Assembly: GCA_038245785.1 (NCBI GenBank)
Contig: JBBRSB010000019.1
Span: forward strand, 1 to 64,000
From: Gloeobacterales cyanobacterium
Lineage (GTDB): Bacteria > Cyanobacteriota > Cyanobacteriia > Gloeobacterales > PMM-0068
Direction of reading: 5' to 3'
Length of the DNA: 64,000 nt
Shown: positions 49,284 through 58,353 of the stretch, one piece after another
Position numbering within the stretch: the stretch's first letter is position 1
Layout of the letters: every line of letters starts with the position of its first letter
The notes under the pieces: generated by a model
Told to the model about the DNA's origin: nothing
The model's input: the letters and a program-made list of their open reading frames with translations, nothing else
The model's database searches: none
Translations under genes and position numbers: made by a program

Positions 49284-50517
49284 AGGATTTTCCCGACGGA
49301 CGCTGGAGGGCGGGAGCCAGTTGCTCTTTACCGAGAACCTAGGAACCCCAATTATTTCTACTCGCTTCTTGTTTCCCAGCAAGATAGGGGCTCCAGGATT
49401 GGCCCATCTGACGGCCTCTGTCTTGACCAAAGGGACCCAGCGCCACAGCTCCCAAGAGATAGCAGGACTGGTAGAAAACGCGGGTGCCCAATTGGGTTTT
49501 GAAACAGCTACAGATTATCTCTTGCTGGGTCTGAAGTGCCTGGCCGAAGATTTCAAAGCACTTTTTGCGCTCTGTTTGGAAATTCTGACAGAAGCTAACT
49601 TCCCGGAAGACCAAGTGAATCTAGAAAGGAATGTCACGCTCCAGGGAATTCGGGCTCAACGGGAACGGGCTTTCTCCGTGGCCTATTCGCAGTTTAGAGA
49701 AAATCTCTATGGCCCTCATCATCCCTATGGTTATTCGACCTTAGGCACTGAAGAAACCGTATCGGCTTTTCAAGTACAAGATTTGGCCGCCTATCATCAA
49801 AGCGCCTTTAACCCTGACCGGATGGTTCTATCGCTTTGTGGTGGGGTGAGTGATGAATTGAAAGACTTTGTGGAAGAGCAGGTGAAGAGCCTGCCTGCGA
49901 GGGCTTCTGACAGCGTGAGTGATACCGTGCCTGCACCTGAGCCCACGGGTAGCCATAGAATTGTTACCCATCAGAAAACAGAACAGACGACAGTCCTTTT
50001 GGGCTACGCTGCCTGTGGTATTCATCACCTTGACTATCCTGCGCTCAAAGTTTTAAATACTTATCTCGGCAGTGGTCTTTCCAGTCGTCTTTTCGTTGAA
50101 CTACGGGAGAAAAGAGGATTGGCCTACGAAGTTTCTTCGTTCTTCCCGACCTACCGTAACCATGCTCATTTTGGAGCCTACATCGGCACGGCTCCACAAA
50201 ATGTCCCCACCGCAGAAGAAGGACTCCGTCGCGAACTTGAACAAATCCGTGAAATTCCATTGACAGACGAAGCTCTACAGGCGGCAAAGAATAAAACCCT
50301 TGGGCAGTATGCTTTAGGCAAGCAAACGAATAGTCAGATTGCTCAACTTCTAGGTTGGTACGAAATTTTAGGCGTTGGTGCGGACCATGATGAACGCTAT
50401 CCTACCTTGATCGAACAGGTCACAGCTGAAGATGTGAAACGAGTTGGACAGACCTACTTCACAGAGCCTGTGGTTTCTTTAGTCGGGCCTGTGGAAGAGA
50501 ATGAAATCAACGATTGA
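49276..50517 (+). CDS. M16-family protease, non-catalytic partner subunit
   Basis: GLAHLTA (no HxxEH), SSRLF.ELREKRGLAY; overlaps the previous gene. Confidence 0.92.
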   Translation: MHKGFSRRTLEGGSQLLFTENLGTPIISTRFLFPSKIGAPGLAHLTASVLTKGTQRHSSQEIAGLVENAGAQLGFETATDYLLLGLKCLAEDFKALFALCLEILTEANFPEDQVNLERNVTLQGIRAQRERAFSVAYSQFRENLYGPHHPYGYSTLGTEETVSAFQVQDLAAYHQSAFNPDRMVLSLCGGVSDELKDFVEEQVKSLPARASDSVSDTVPAPEPTGSHRIVTHQKTEQTTVLLGYAACGIHHLDYPALKVLNTYLGSGLSSRLFVELREKRGLAYEVSSFFPTYRNHAHFGAYIGTAPQNVPTAEEGLRRELEQIREIPLTDEALQAAKNKTLGQYALGKQTNSQIAQLLGWYEILGVGADHDERYPTLIEQVTAEDVKRVGQTYFTEPVVSLVGPVEENEIND

Positions 50518-50617
50518 TCGCTTGGAGTGATCCGGAATTAATGGAACTTCAAGGTGAGCACAGAACATAGAATTATTTTTGTTAGAACGATTTACCGTGA
50601 ATTCTGTGAGTAAAAAG

Positions 50618-50824
50618 ATGAGACATGTGATTCTTTATCCAGATCAAGATAGCTGGTGGGTAGTGGAATGTCCAAGCCTACCGGGTTGTGTGAGTCAAGG
50701 TAAGACCAAAGAGGAGGCACTTACTAACATCAAAGAAGCAATTCAACTTTATATCGAAGTTTTGGAAGAAGACGGACTCCCCGTTCCTGAGGACCGTGTT
50801 GAATCTGTTTTAGTAGAAGCGTGA
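50618..50824 (+). CDS. hicB: HicB-family antitoxin
   Basis: CPSLPGCVSQGKTKEEAL.NIKEAI. Confidence 0.92.
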   Translation: MRHVILYPDQDSWWVVECPSLPGCVSQGKTKEEALTNIKEAIQLYIEVLEEDGLPVPEDRVESVLVEA

Positions 50825-51042
50825 GTAAACTGCCTGTAGTCTCTGGACAGGAGTGTGTCAGAGCTTTGATCAACGTGGGTTTTGTCGTGAGGCGACAAAC
50901 TGGAAGTCACATCATTCTGCAACGGAAAGAACCCTTTGCTCAGGTCGTTGTTCCCAATCATCGGGAGATAGCTCCAGGAACGTTACGAGCCATTATTCGG
51001 CAGGTTAATCTCTCTGTAGAAGAGTTTATCAACTTGCTATGA
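50821..51042 (+). CDS. hicA: HicA-family toxin
   Basis: GF...RQ.GSH, VP.H.EI.PGTL.AI; GTGA overlap with hicB. Confidence 0.92.
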   Translation: MSKLPVVSGQECVRALINVGFVVRRQTGSHIILQRKEPFAQVVVPNHREIAPGTLRAIIRQVNLSVEEFINLL

Positions 51043-51117
51043 CTTGGAACTATTCTGCATTAAGGTCAATTCCTGAGGCTCTCAAGCGTCCTGCTCTTTC
51101 TCAACTGCTTTACCTAT

Positions 51118-51360
51118 TTAAGTAGTCTCTTCATGTCGTTCAGCGATTAACTCATCGGCCAAACTGATCTCTGAAGCAATCTCGGCGAAGTGCTCTTGGA
51201 GAAGTTTTAAGATATGTCTTCGGGTTTCCAGCACTAAGCGCCCATCCTCTACATAAGCAATAAGAGTTTCTCCCTCTCGTAATCCCAAGGTGCGTCTCAT
51301 CCTAGAAGGAATAACCACCCTTCCTTGTGACCCTAATCTCACTTTGATTTGATTAGCCAT
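51118..51360 (-). CDS. AbrB/MazE-family antitoxin-like DNA-binding protein
   Basis: GRVVIP...R..LGL.EG, SLADELIAER. Confidence 0.85.
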   Translation of the reverse strand: MANQIKVRLGSQGRVVIPSRMRRTLGLREGETLIAYVEDGRLVLETRRHILKLLQEHFAEIASEISLADELIAERHEETT

Positions 51361-51380
51361 AATTCTTTATTTAGTGAGTA

Positions 51381-54300
51381 CTAAGCGCTAAAGTACCGTG
51401 CTTCAGGGTGGTAGATCACCAAGGCAGTTGTGGATTGCTCTGGATGTAGTTGTAAGCTTTCATCCATCACTAATCCAATCGCTTCCTCTGCTTGCAGGAG
51501 TTCTAGTTGCTTGGCTTGGTCTTCCAGGTCAGGACAGGCTGGGTAGCCAAAAGAGTAGCGAGAGCCTTGATAACCCTGATTAATCAGGCGGCGCATATCA
51601 GGACTATCCTTGTCGCCAATGCCTAATCCCTGACGAATACGGGCATGGGTCCAGTCAGCCACGGCTTCTGCCGTTTGTACCGATAGGCCGTAGTAGTAAA
51701 GGTAATCGCTGTAGTTGTCAGCCTTGAAGAGTTTCTGAGCGTATTCCGTAGCGACATTGCCAACGGTCACGGCTTGCATCGGGAATACATCTAAGTGCTC
51801 AGAGCCTACGGGCAAGAAGAAATCGCTGAGACACTGGTGGTCTTCTCCAGCTTGACGCGGAAACTCGAAGCTCTGGGCAATCACCAAGTCGCTGGGACTG
51901 CCTGTTTCTTGGAAATGGGCCGCAGAATCCAGGGTGTAGATATGTACGCTATTCTCTTCTGCCCAGCAAGGGAAGTAGCCATAAACCACTTGCGGATTAA
52001 GCGCTTGATCTCGGATAATTTGCGCTTTCCATTTTTCTAGAATCGGATACATCTTCTCTTTGACCAAGGCTTCATACTCTTCTCGGTTCTGCTCCTTGGT
52101 TTTGCGGAACTGCCATTGACCAGCTACCAGGGCATTGAGGTCGAGATAATGGAATACCTCTTCCAGGTCAATATCCTTAAGCACCTTAGTACCCCAGAAG
52201 GGCGGCTGCGGACGAGGAACATCTAAAGAAACACTTTGACGGACCTTGGCAACTTTGGGGCGAGCCAGAGATTTGACCGATTGCAGGGTATGGTCCGTCT
52301 CGGACGCAGATGCTGCTGTGTGCTCGACAGATCCATTGCCTGCTATCAGGTGAGCAAACTCTGGATTAACAGCATCAGTTAGAAATCCTTCCGTATTCGT
52401 CCAGGTGTCCTTATGTTTGTTTTCCATCAAGGCATCGAGAAAGTTCAAGTCCGTAAAGGCATCCCGGCCATAGATAACCTTGCCTTTATAGACCTGTTGA
52501 CAGTCTTTCTCGACGAACTTGCGAGTGAGGGCTGCTCCACCAAGGATGACCGGAACCTCAATTCCCTTTTCGTTGAAGGTTGCCAGATTCTCTTTCATGA
52601 AGGCGGTGGACTTGACCAACAGCCCAGACATAGCAATACAGTCAGCCTGGTACTTTTCCTGGGCTTCTAAAATGGCATCGACGGATTGTTTGATCCCAAT
52701 GTTGTAGACCGTGTAGCCATTATTGGTCAGGATAATATCGACTAAGTTCTTACCAATATCATGGACATCACCCTTAACCGTAGCAATTAGAACCTTGCCT
52801 TTCGTAGAGCCGTCTTTCTTCTCCATGAACTGTTCAAGGAAAGCCACCGCTGATTTCATCGTTTCCGCTGATTGCAGGACGAAAGGTAGCTGCATCTGAC
52901 CGGAAGCAAACTGTTCACCTACTACTTTCATGCCATCGAGCAGATGTTCATTGATGATCGCCAGGGGAGAATATTTTTTCAGCGCTTCTTTAAGCTTATC
53001 TTCTAAGCCAATGCGCTCTCCCTCAATAATGTGACGACGTAGATGCTCCTCTAGGGTTAAGTTCTGAATGTCCTCCTTAGATTGCTTGGTCGTAACGCCC
53101 ATAAACAATTCTGTAAATACGGTCAGGGGATCATAGACACAGATATCACCTTCAAATTTGCGTTCATCGAAGATTAGATGCCTGGCAACTTCCTGGTGAT
53201 GCTCATCAATACGAGCCATCGGTAAAATCTTGCTGGCACTAACAATGGCCGAATCTAACCCTGCTTCTCTCGCTAAGTGCAAGAAGACAGAATTTAGAAC
53301 CACCCGCGCCGCAGGATTCAAACCAAACGATATATTAGAAACGCCAATCGTTATACGGCAACCAGGCAGTTCTTCTTTTATTCGTTTGATCGCTTTTAGG
53401 GACTCTAAAGCATTGTGACGGTCTTCTTCAATTCCTGTGGAAATTGGCAAAGCAAGGGGGTCAAAAAAGATCTCATAGGCTGGGATCCCAGATTCGACCG
53501 CTTGACGATAGGCCCGTTGGGCAATGGCAAACTTCTTATCCGCTGCACGGGCCATTCCTTCCTCATCGATGGTCCCGACAACCACGCCCGCTCCATAGAT
53601 CTTGGCAAGATCTAAGACTTTGAGGAAGCGAGGTTCTCCATCTTCGTAGTTGGTAGAATTCAGCAAACACTTGCCCCCTGCTACTTTCAGGCCCGCTTCC
53701 ATCTTTTGCCATTCCGTAGAATCGAGCATCAGAGGAATCGTGACATTGGTGACGAGACGAGATACCAGTTCATGCATATCCTTCTCGCCATCCCGGCCCA
53801 CGTAGTCTACGTTGACGTCTAAGACATGGCAGCCTTCACGCACTTGAGCACGAGCCAGGGAAACTAAGCCATCCCAATCTTCCGCGTTCAACAAGTCCCG
53901 ACATTTTTTAGAACCACTGGCATTCACCCGTTCGCCGATGATCAGGAAAGAATTGTCTTGGTCATAGGGCTGTGTGCTGTAGATAGAGGAAGCGGAAGGA
54001 ACGACATGGATAGGCCGGGGCTTAGGCGTATAGTCTTGGACAATCTCCACTAAAGCTTGGATATGGTCAGGACGAGTGCCACAGCAACCGCCAACTACAG
54101 TTACTCCCAAGTCTTCTACGAAGTGCTTGAGGTGGTTTTGCATTTCCTGAGGCGTCAGATGATAGTGGGCATGGCCGCCAACATTTTCTGGAATTCCCGC
54201 GTTCGGAATGCAGGAGATCGCAAACCGAGAATTTTCTGAGAGGTAACGGATGTGCTCCGTCATTTTGTCTGGACCGGTCGCACAGTTGAGACCAAGCACA

Positions 54301-54956
54301 TCAATCGGAAATGGTTCGAGGATAGTTAAGACGGCCCCAATTTCTGAACCGACCAGCATCGTGCCCTGAATTTCCATCGTTACCGAAACAATGACAGGTA
54401 AGCGGATGCCTTTTTCTTGGAAAACTTCTTCAGTCGCTCCCAGCGCGGCCTTGATTTGCAGCACGTCCTGACACGTCTCAATCATCACAATATCAATGCC
54501 ACCCTCCACCAGGCCGTGAATTTGCTCGGCATAGGAGGCTTTCATGTCGTCGTAGTGGATATGACCAAGGGTCGGCAACTTGGTCGTAGGGCCAATAGAA
54601 CCAGCAACAAAGCGCGGCTTTTCAGACGTACTGTAGCGAGCAGCGACTTTTTTGGCAAGCTGGGCCGCTTTCACGTTTAGTTCATAGGCTAAATGGGCAA
54701 TATCGTACTCAGCCAAGACAATGGAACTAGACCCAAAGGTATCAGTTTCGATAACATCGGCTCCTGCTTCCAAAAAGTTGCTATGCACTTTCTCAATTGC
54801 TTCAGGCTTAGAAAGCACCAGATATTCATTGCAGCCTTCTAGAGAGGGGCCTCCAAAATCCTCTGCCGTCAGATTCATCGTCTGGATAGAAGTACCCATC
54901 GCCCCGTCAAAGACAAGGACTCGATTTTTTAGGAGGTCTAGAAAGGAAGAGGACAT
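51381..54956 (-). CDS. metH: Cobalamin-dependent methionine synthase
   Basis: [44 protein letters not shown]. Confidence 0.98.
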   Translation of the reverse strand: MSSSFLDLLKNRVLVFDGAMGTSIQTMNLTAEDFGGPSLEGCNEYLVLSKPEAIEKVHSNFLEAGADVIETDTFGSSSIVLAEYDIAHLAYELNVKAAQLAKKVAARYSTSEKPRFVAGSIGPTTKLPTLGHIHYDDMKASYAEQIHGLVEGGIDIVMIETCQDVLQIKAALGATEEVFQEKGIRLPVIVSVTMEIQGTMLVGSEIGAVLTILEPFPIDVLGLNCATGPDKMTEHIRYLSENSRFAISCIPNAGIPENVGGHAHYHLTPQEMQNHLKHFVEDLGVTVVGGCCGTRPDHIQALVEIVQDYTPKPRPIHVVPSASSIYSTQPYDQDNSFLIIGERVNASGSKKCRDLLNAEDWDGLVSLARAQVREGCHVLDVNVDYVGRDGEKDMHELVSRLVTNVTIPLMLDSTEWQKMEAGLKVAGGKCLLNSTNYEDGEPRFLKVLDLAKIYGAGVVVGTIDEEGMARAADKKFAIAQRAYRQAVESGIPAYEIFFDPLALPISTGIEEDRHNALESLKAIKRIKEELPGCRITIGVSNISFGLNPAARVVLNSVFLHLAREAGLDSAIVSASKILPMARIDEHHQEVARHLIFDERKFEGDICVYDPLTVFTELFMGVTTKQSKEDIQNLTLEEHLRRHIIEGERIGLEDKLKEALKKYSPLAIINEHLLDGMKVVGEQFASGQMQLPFVLQSAETMKSAVAFLEQFMEKKDGSTKGKVLIATVKGDVHDIGKNLVDIILTNNGYTVYNIGIKQSVDAILEAQEKYQADCIAMSGLLVKSTAFMKENLATFNEKGIEVPVILGGAALTRKFVEKDCQQVYKGKVIYGRDAFTDLNFLDALMENKHKDTWTNTEGFLTDAVNPEFAHLIAGNGSVEHTAASASETDHTLQSVKSLARPKVAKVRQSVSLDVPRPQPPFWGTKVLKDIDLEEVFHYLDLNALVAGQWQFRKTKEQNREEYEALVKEKMYPILEKWKAQIIRDQALNPQVVYGYFPCWAEENSVHIYTLDSAAHFQETGSPSDLVIAQSFEFPRQAGEDHQCLSDFFLPVGSEHLDVFPMQAVTVGNVATEYAQKLFKADNYSDYLYYYGLSVQTAEAVADWTHARIRQGLGIGDKDSPDMRRLINQGYQGSRYSFGYPACPDLEDQAKQLELLQAEEAIGLVMDESLQLHPEQSTTALVIYHPEARYFSA

Positions 54957-55114
54957 TTATAGAACAATCCCTTGGAACATTTGTTTACTTTAATTTACGT
55001 TGAATTCCTTTTCACATGTATACATCGGAGTTCAATATCAGCAAAGTAGTTTGCTCGGACCCTAGTACATGGACAGAATTCGCTAAAATAGTTCGGGCTA
55101 TACCTAACATTTTA

Positions 55115-55552
55115 ATGAAACAAATCACCCTTAAGCGCAGTATCAACGTAAAAGCTGTAGTAACCCCTCGTCTGCAAGAAGAGGCCAATGCTCAGTTACA
55201 GCAGGGCTTAGCGCAGCTCGATAATCAAATCCAACAGCTAGAATTTCAGGGCAGACGGGCGATTAGCGATATTGAGCGCACGTCCGTGAAACCCCCAGGC
55301 CCTGAAGTCCAGCAGCAGATTGCCAGTATTCGCAACCAGGTAGAGCAGCAAAAGTCTGAAATGTTGGCCCAGAAAAACCAGTTATTGCAGCAGATGAATC
55401 AAGTGGCTACCTGGGAGATGGGACAGGAGATTGTCCAAGGCCAAATCGAGAGCTCCTTCAAGGTTCAAGAAGGAGATAACTTGGTAAACCGAATGAATGT
55501 GGAAATTTTGCTAAATGACGGCGTAATCAAGGAAATACGCGGAGAAGTTTAG
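55115..55552 (+). CDS. YlqD-family protein
   Basis: LKRSINVKAVVTP...coiled coil...VEILL.DGVI.EIRG; ATG at 55115 preferred. Confidence 0.88.
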   Translation: MKQITLKRSINVKAVVTPRLQEEANAQLQQGLAQLDNQIQQLEFQGRRAISDIERTSVKPPGPEVQQQIASIRNQVEQQKSEMLAQKNQLLQQMNQVATWEMGQEIVQGQIESSFKVQEGDNLVNRMNVEILLNDGVIKEIRGEV

Positions 55553-55683
55553 TTTAAACATCCAAAAGTCTTGTGGATATGTGATCCCCTCCCTAGGGCA
55601 TATGATTTTCTAGGCCAGATGAGGGTACTTTTAGTGTGGTGTGACACAGACATTACGCCCTCTCTGGTGCTTCAATAGTTAAA

Positions 55684-55713
55684 TTGACATCAAGAGTAAC
55701 AATTTGTTAAGAT
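55684..55713 (+). promoter_or_regulatory. Sigma70-type promoter of the group-2 sigma gene
   Basis: TTGACA-N18-TAAGAT with an extended -10 TG. Confidence 0.55.
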
Positions 55714-55740
55714 TCTGAGTAACGAATAAAATTAAAAAGA

Positions 55741-56688
55741 ATGCTTGTAAACCCCTCTTCAGATAACAATATGGAACCCGCTTCAGATCTTTCTGTACAG
55801 GTAAACTTCTCTGTTCCTGAAAAACGCAAGGGACGGGGACGCAAACCAAGTAGTTCAGAGGACTCTGTTGGCCAATTTTTAAGAGAAATGGCCCGTTATC
55901 CTCTTCTGACCTCTGAGCAGGAGGTGGAGATTGCCCGCACGATTGCGCGTGGGGGTCCTGACGCAGAACCAGCTAAGCGCCGTCTTGTGCGCGCGAACTT
56001 GCGCCTGGTCGTATCGATCGCCAAGAAATATCTCAACCGGGGAGTACCTTTCCTGGACCTGATCCAAGAAGGTTCTATCGGTTTGATGCGGGCGGCTGAA
56101 AAGTTTGACTACGAACGTGGATTTAAATTTTCCACCTATGCTTACTGGTGGATCCGCCAGGGGATCACCCGTGCTATTGCCTCTCAATCTCGGACCGTAC
56201 GCCTCCCTGTGCACATGGTTGAGAAGCTGAATCAGGTTAAGAAAGTCCTGCGGGAAATGACTCAAGAGTTGGGCAGACGTCCAACAAAGCCTGAGCTAGG
56301 AGAAAAGCTGGAACTCACCCCTGAGAAGCTGGACGAGATTCTTGAAGCTGGACGCCGCACTCTTTCTTTGCACGTCAAGGTTGGTAAAGAGGAAGATACG
56401 GAACTTCTAGAGCTAATTGAAGCCCATGACGAGTTAACTCCCGATTCTTATATTGACCGTGAGATGTTGTCTCAGCAGATCGGGGAAGCTTTGGACCAGC
56501 TAACTCCTCGTGAACGGGATATCCTGATGCTGCGCTTTGGCATGCTGGATGGCCATGACTACACGCTGTCTGAAATTGGTGAACTGTATTCGCTTTCCCG
56601 TGAGCGCGTTCGCCAAATTCAAGCTAAAGCAATGCGTAAACTCCGTCATCCTCGTCGTCAAGCTCTATTACGTGACTGGATGAGCTGA
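55741..56688 (+). CDS. RpoD-family (group 2) sigma factor
   Basis: Regions 1.2, 2 ([25 protein letters not shown]), 3 and 4 (SRERVRQI); no region 1.1. Confidence 0.93.
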   Translation: MLVNPSSDNNMEPASDLSVQVNFSVPEKRKGRGRKPSSSEDSVGQFLREMARYPLLTSEQEVEIARTIARGGPDAEPAKRRLVRANLRLVVSIAKKYLNRGVPFLDLIQEGSIGLMRAAEKFDYERGFKFSTYAYWWIRQGITRAIASQSRTVRLPVHMVEKLNQVKKVLREMTQELGRRPTKPELGEKLELTPEKLDEILEAGRRTLSLHVKVGKEEDTELLELIEAHDELTPDSYIDREMLSQQIGEALDQLTPRERDILMLRFGMLDGHDYTLSEIGELYSLSRERVRQIQAKAMRKLRHPRRQALLRDWMS

Positions 56689-56709
56689 GACTTGCTCTAG
56701 AATATTTAC

Positions 56710-56739
56710 AGTAAACCCTGCATCTCTGCAGGGTTTACT
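56710..56739 (+). terminator. Terminator hairpin
   Basis: agtaaaccctgca / tgcagggtttact perfect 13-bp stem. Confidence 0.75.
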
Positions 56740-56753
56740 CTTGGATTCCTTGC

Positions 56754-56780
56754 AAATCATAGTCATATCGATTATGATTT
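56754..56780 (+). promoter_or_regulatory. AT-rich inverted repeat upstream of srx-dps (Fur/PerR-like operator)
   Basis: AAATCATAGTC-N5-GATTATGATTT, 10/11 complementary. Confidence 0.55.
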
Positions 56781-56805
56781 AGGAGTCGCAAGGGAAGTTT
56801 GTCTC

Positions 56806-57069
56806 ATGGCTGATATCCGAGAGCTCCCCATAGAGCAGATTCGTCGCCCTCTACCGCGTCAGAATGATCCCCAAAAAGTAGCGGTTCTGATGGAATCTAT
56901 TCAAACAGTTGGTCTTCAGGAGCCGATCGATGTTTTGGAAGTTGAGGGTCAGTACTACGGGTTTTCGGGCTGCCATCGCTATGAAGCGTGCACGCGTCTT
57001 GGCCAACCAACCATTCGTTGCCGAGTCCGCCGTGCTACCCCTCAAGTGCTGCGCATGCACCTAGCCTGA
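56806..57069 (+). CDS. srx: Sulfiredoxin
   Basis: PIDVL....YYGFSGCHRYEA. Confidence 0.93.
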   Translation: MADIRELPIEQIRRPLPRQNDPQKVAVLMESIQTVGLQEPIDVLEVEGQYYGFSGCHRYEACTRLGQPTIRCRVRRATPQVLRMHLA

Positions 57070-57136
57070 TGCGGACTAAGGTTAATATCGGAACCAGCAA
57101 ATAATCTCTAATCTTTATTCAATTGAGGAACTCCAC

Positions 57137-57607
57137 ATGGACATTAATGTAGGCATTGACGAAAAAGATAGAAAAAAGATTGCTGAAGGTCTATCGAGAC
57201 TGTTGGCAGATACCTATTCTCTCTATTTGAAAACTCATAATTTTCACTGGAATGTCAAAGGGCCTATGTTCCAGACGTTACATCTGATGTTTGAAGCCCA
57301 ATACAATGAATTGGCTTTGGCCGTAGATTTAGTCGCTGAACGTATCCGTGCTCTGGGTTTTCCGGCTCCCGGCACCTATTCTGAATACGCTCATCTGAGT
57401 TCAATTCCGGAAACTCCTGGAGTCCCGAAGGCAGAGGAGATGATTAAACTTTTGGTCGAAGGTCAGGAAGCAGTAGTGCGTACAGCCCGCTCGCTCTTCC
57501 CTCTATTGGATAAAGTGCACGATGAACCCACTGCTGATTTATTGACGCAACGGATGCAGGTTCATGAGAAGACTGCTTGGATGTTGAGAAGTTTATTAGA
57601 AAAATAG
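57137..57607 (+). CDS. dps: Dps DNA-protection ferritin-like protein
   Basis: [28 protein letters not shown]. Confidence 0.96.
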   Translation: MDINVGIDEKDRKKIAEGLSRLLADTYSLYLKTHNFHWNVKGPMFQTLHLMFEAQYNELALAVDLVAERIRALGFPAPGTYSEYAHLSSIPETPGVPKAEEMIKLLVEGQEAVVRTARSLFPLLDKVHDEPTADLLTQRMQVHEKTAWMLRSLLEK

Positions 57608-57626
57608 ACTTCTACCTTTGCTTTCT

Positions 57627-57660
57627 GCCTCCTTTCTATCTATAGAAGGGAGGTTTTTTA
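57627..57660 (+). terminator. Intrinsic terminator after dps
   Basis: gcctcctttctat / atagaagggaggt stem followed by a T-run. Confidence 0.75.
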
Positions 57661-57739
57661 AGCGCCATGATGTAACGTTGTTAACCGTAGAGGGCTATTT
57701 CCGCGAACTTGATATATTTGTTCTAAAAGGGAGATCTGA

Positions 57740-58345
57740 ATGGTGATCAATTTCAAAAACTATGGCTTCAACCTGCTGCTTACGTTGTCCTTGCTTATGG
57801 CACCGACTGCGATAGCCCAAACCACCGCCATACAGAAAACTACTACTATTCCGGCAGGCACTGAATTTGATGCCAAGTTACAGGAAGACCTCTCTACCAA
57901 AAAGAATCGCGACCAGGATCGCTTTACGCTGAGGGTGCAAAAGCCATTATTTGGGGGAGTCCCGCTTTTGAATGGCACACAAGTGGAAGGGCATCTAGAA
58001 CAAGTAGTAAAAGCGGCTAAAGGTCAAAAAGCGAAGATGAGTTTAGTTTTTGATGACATTGTCTTCAAGAACGGAAGCCGCCAACCGATCGGTGTCACGC
58101 TTCAAAACTCGAAAGTTCAAACAAAAACTAAAGGAACGTTCCTCCGTAATACGGGAATTATCCTCGGTGGAGCGGTGGCTGGGCGCTATTTAGGTAAAAA
58201 AACAGGGTTACCACTGGGAACTACAGGCGGAATCGCTGCAGCCACAGCCTTTGTTCTAAATAGCCCTGGTGGTGAAGTCGTACTGAAAAAAGGAACGAAA
58301 CTCCAACTTAAACTGAATAAGCCCTTGACCGTGGGAGTTCGTTAG
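57740..58345 (+). CDS. Secreted hypothetical protein (beta-rich, with a glycine-zipper segment)
   Basis: Signal peptide; IPAGT.F...L...LST; GG.VAG..LG segment; EVVL.KGT.L.L.L. Confidence 0.75.
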   Translation: MVINFKNYGFNLLLTLSLLMAPTAIAQTTAIQKTTTIPAGTEFDAKLQEDLSTKKNRDQDRFTLRVQKPLFGGVPLLNGTQVEGHLEQVVKAAKGQKAKMSLVFDDIVFKNGSRQPIGVTLQNSKVQTKTKGTFLRNTGIILGGAVAGRYLGKKTGLPLGTTGGIAAATAFVLNSPGGEVVLKKGTKLQLKLNKPLTVGVR

Positions 58346-58353
58346 GGAATAGA

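Noticed and set aside
54957..55114. Cobalamin or SAM riboswitch upstream of metH
   Set aside because: Short AT-rich divergent intergenic region without recognisable conserved elements
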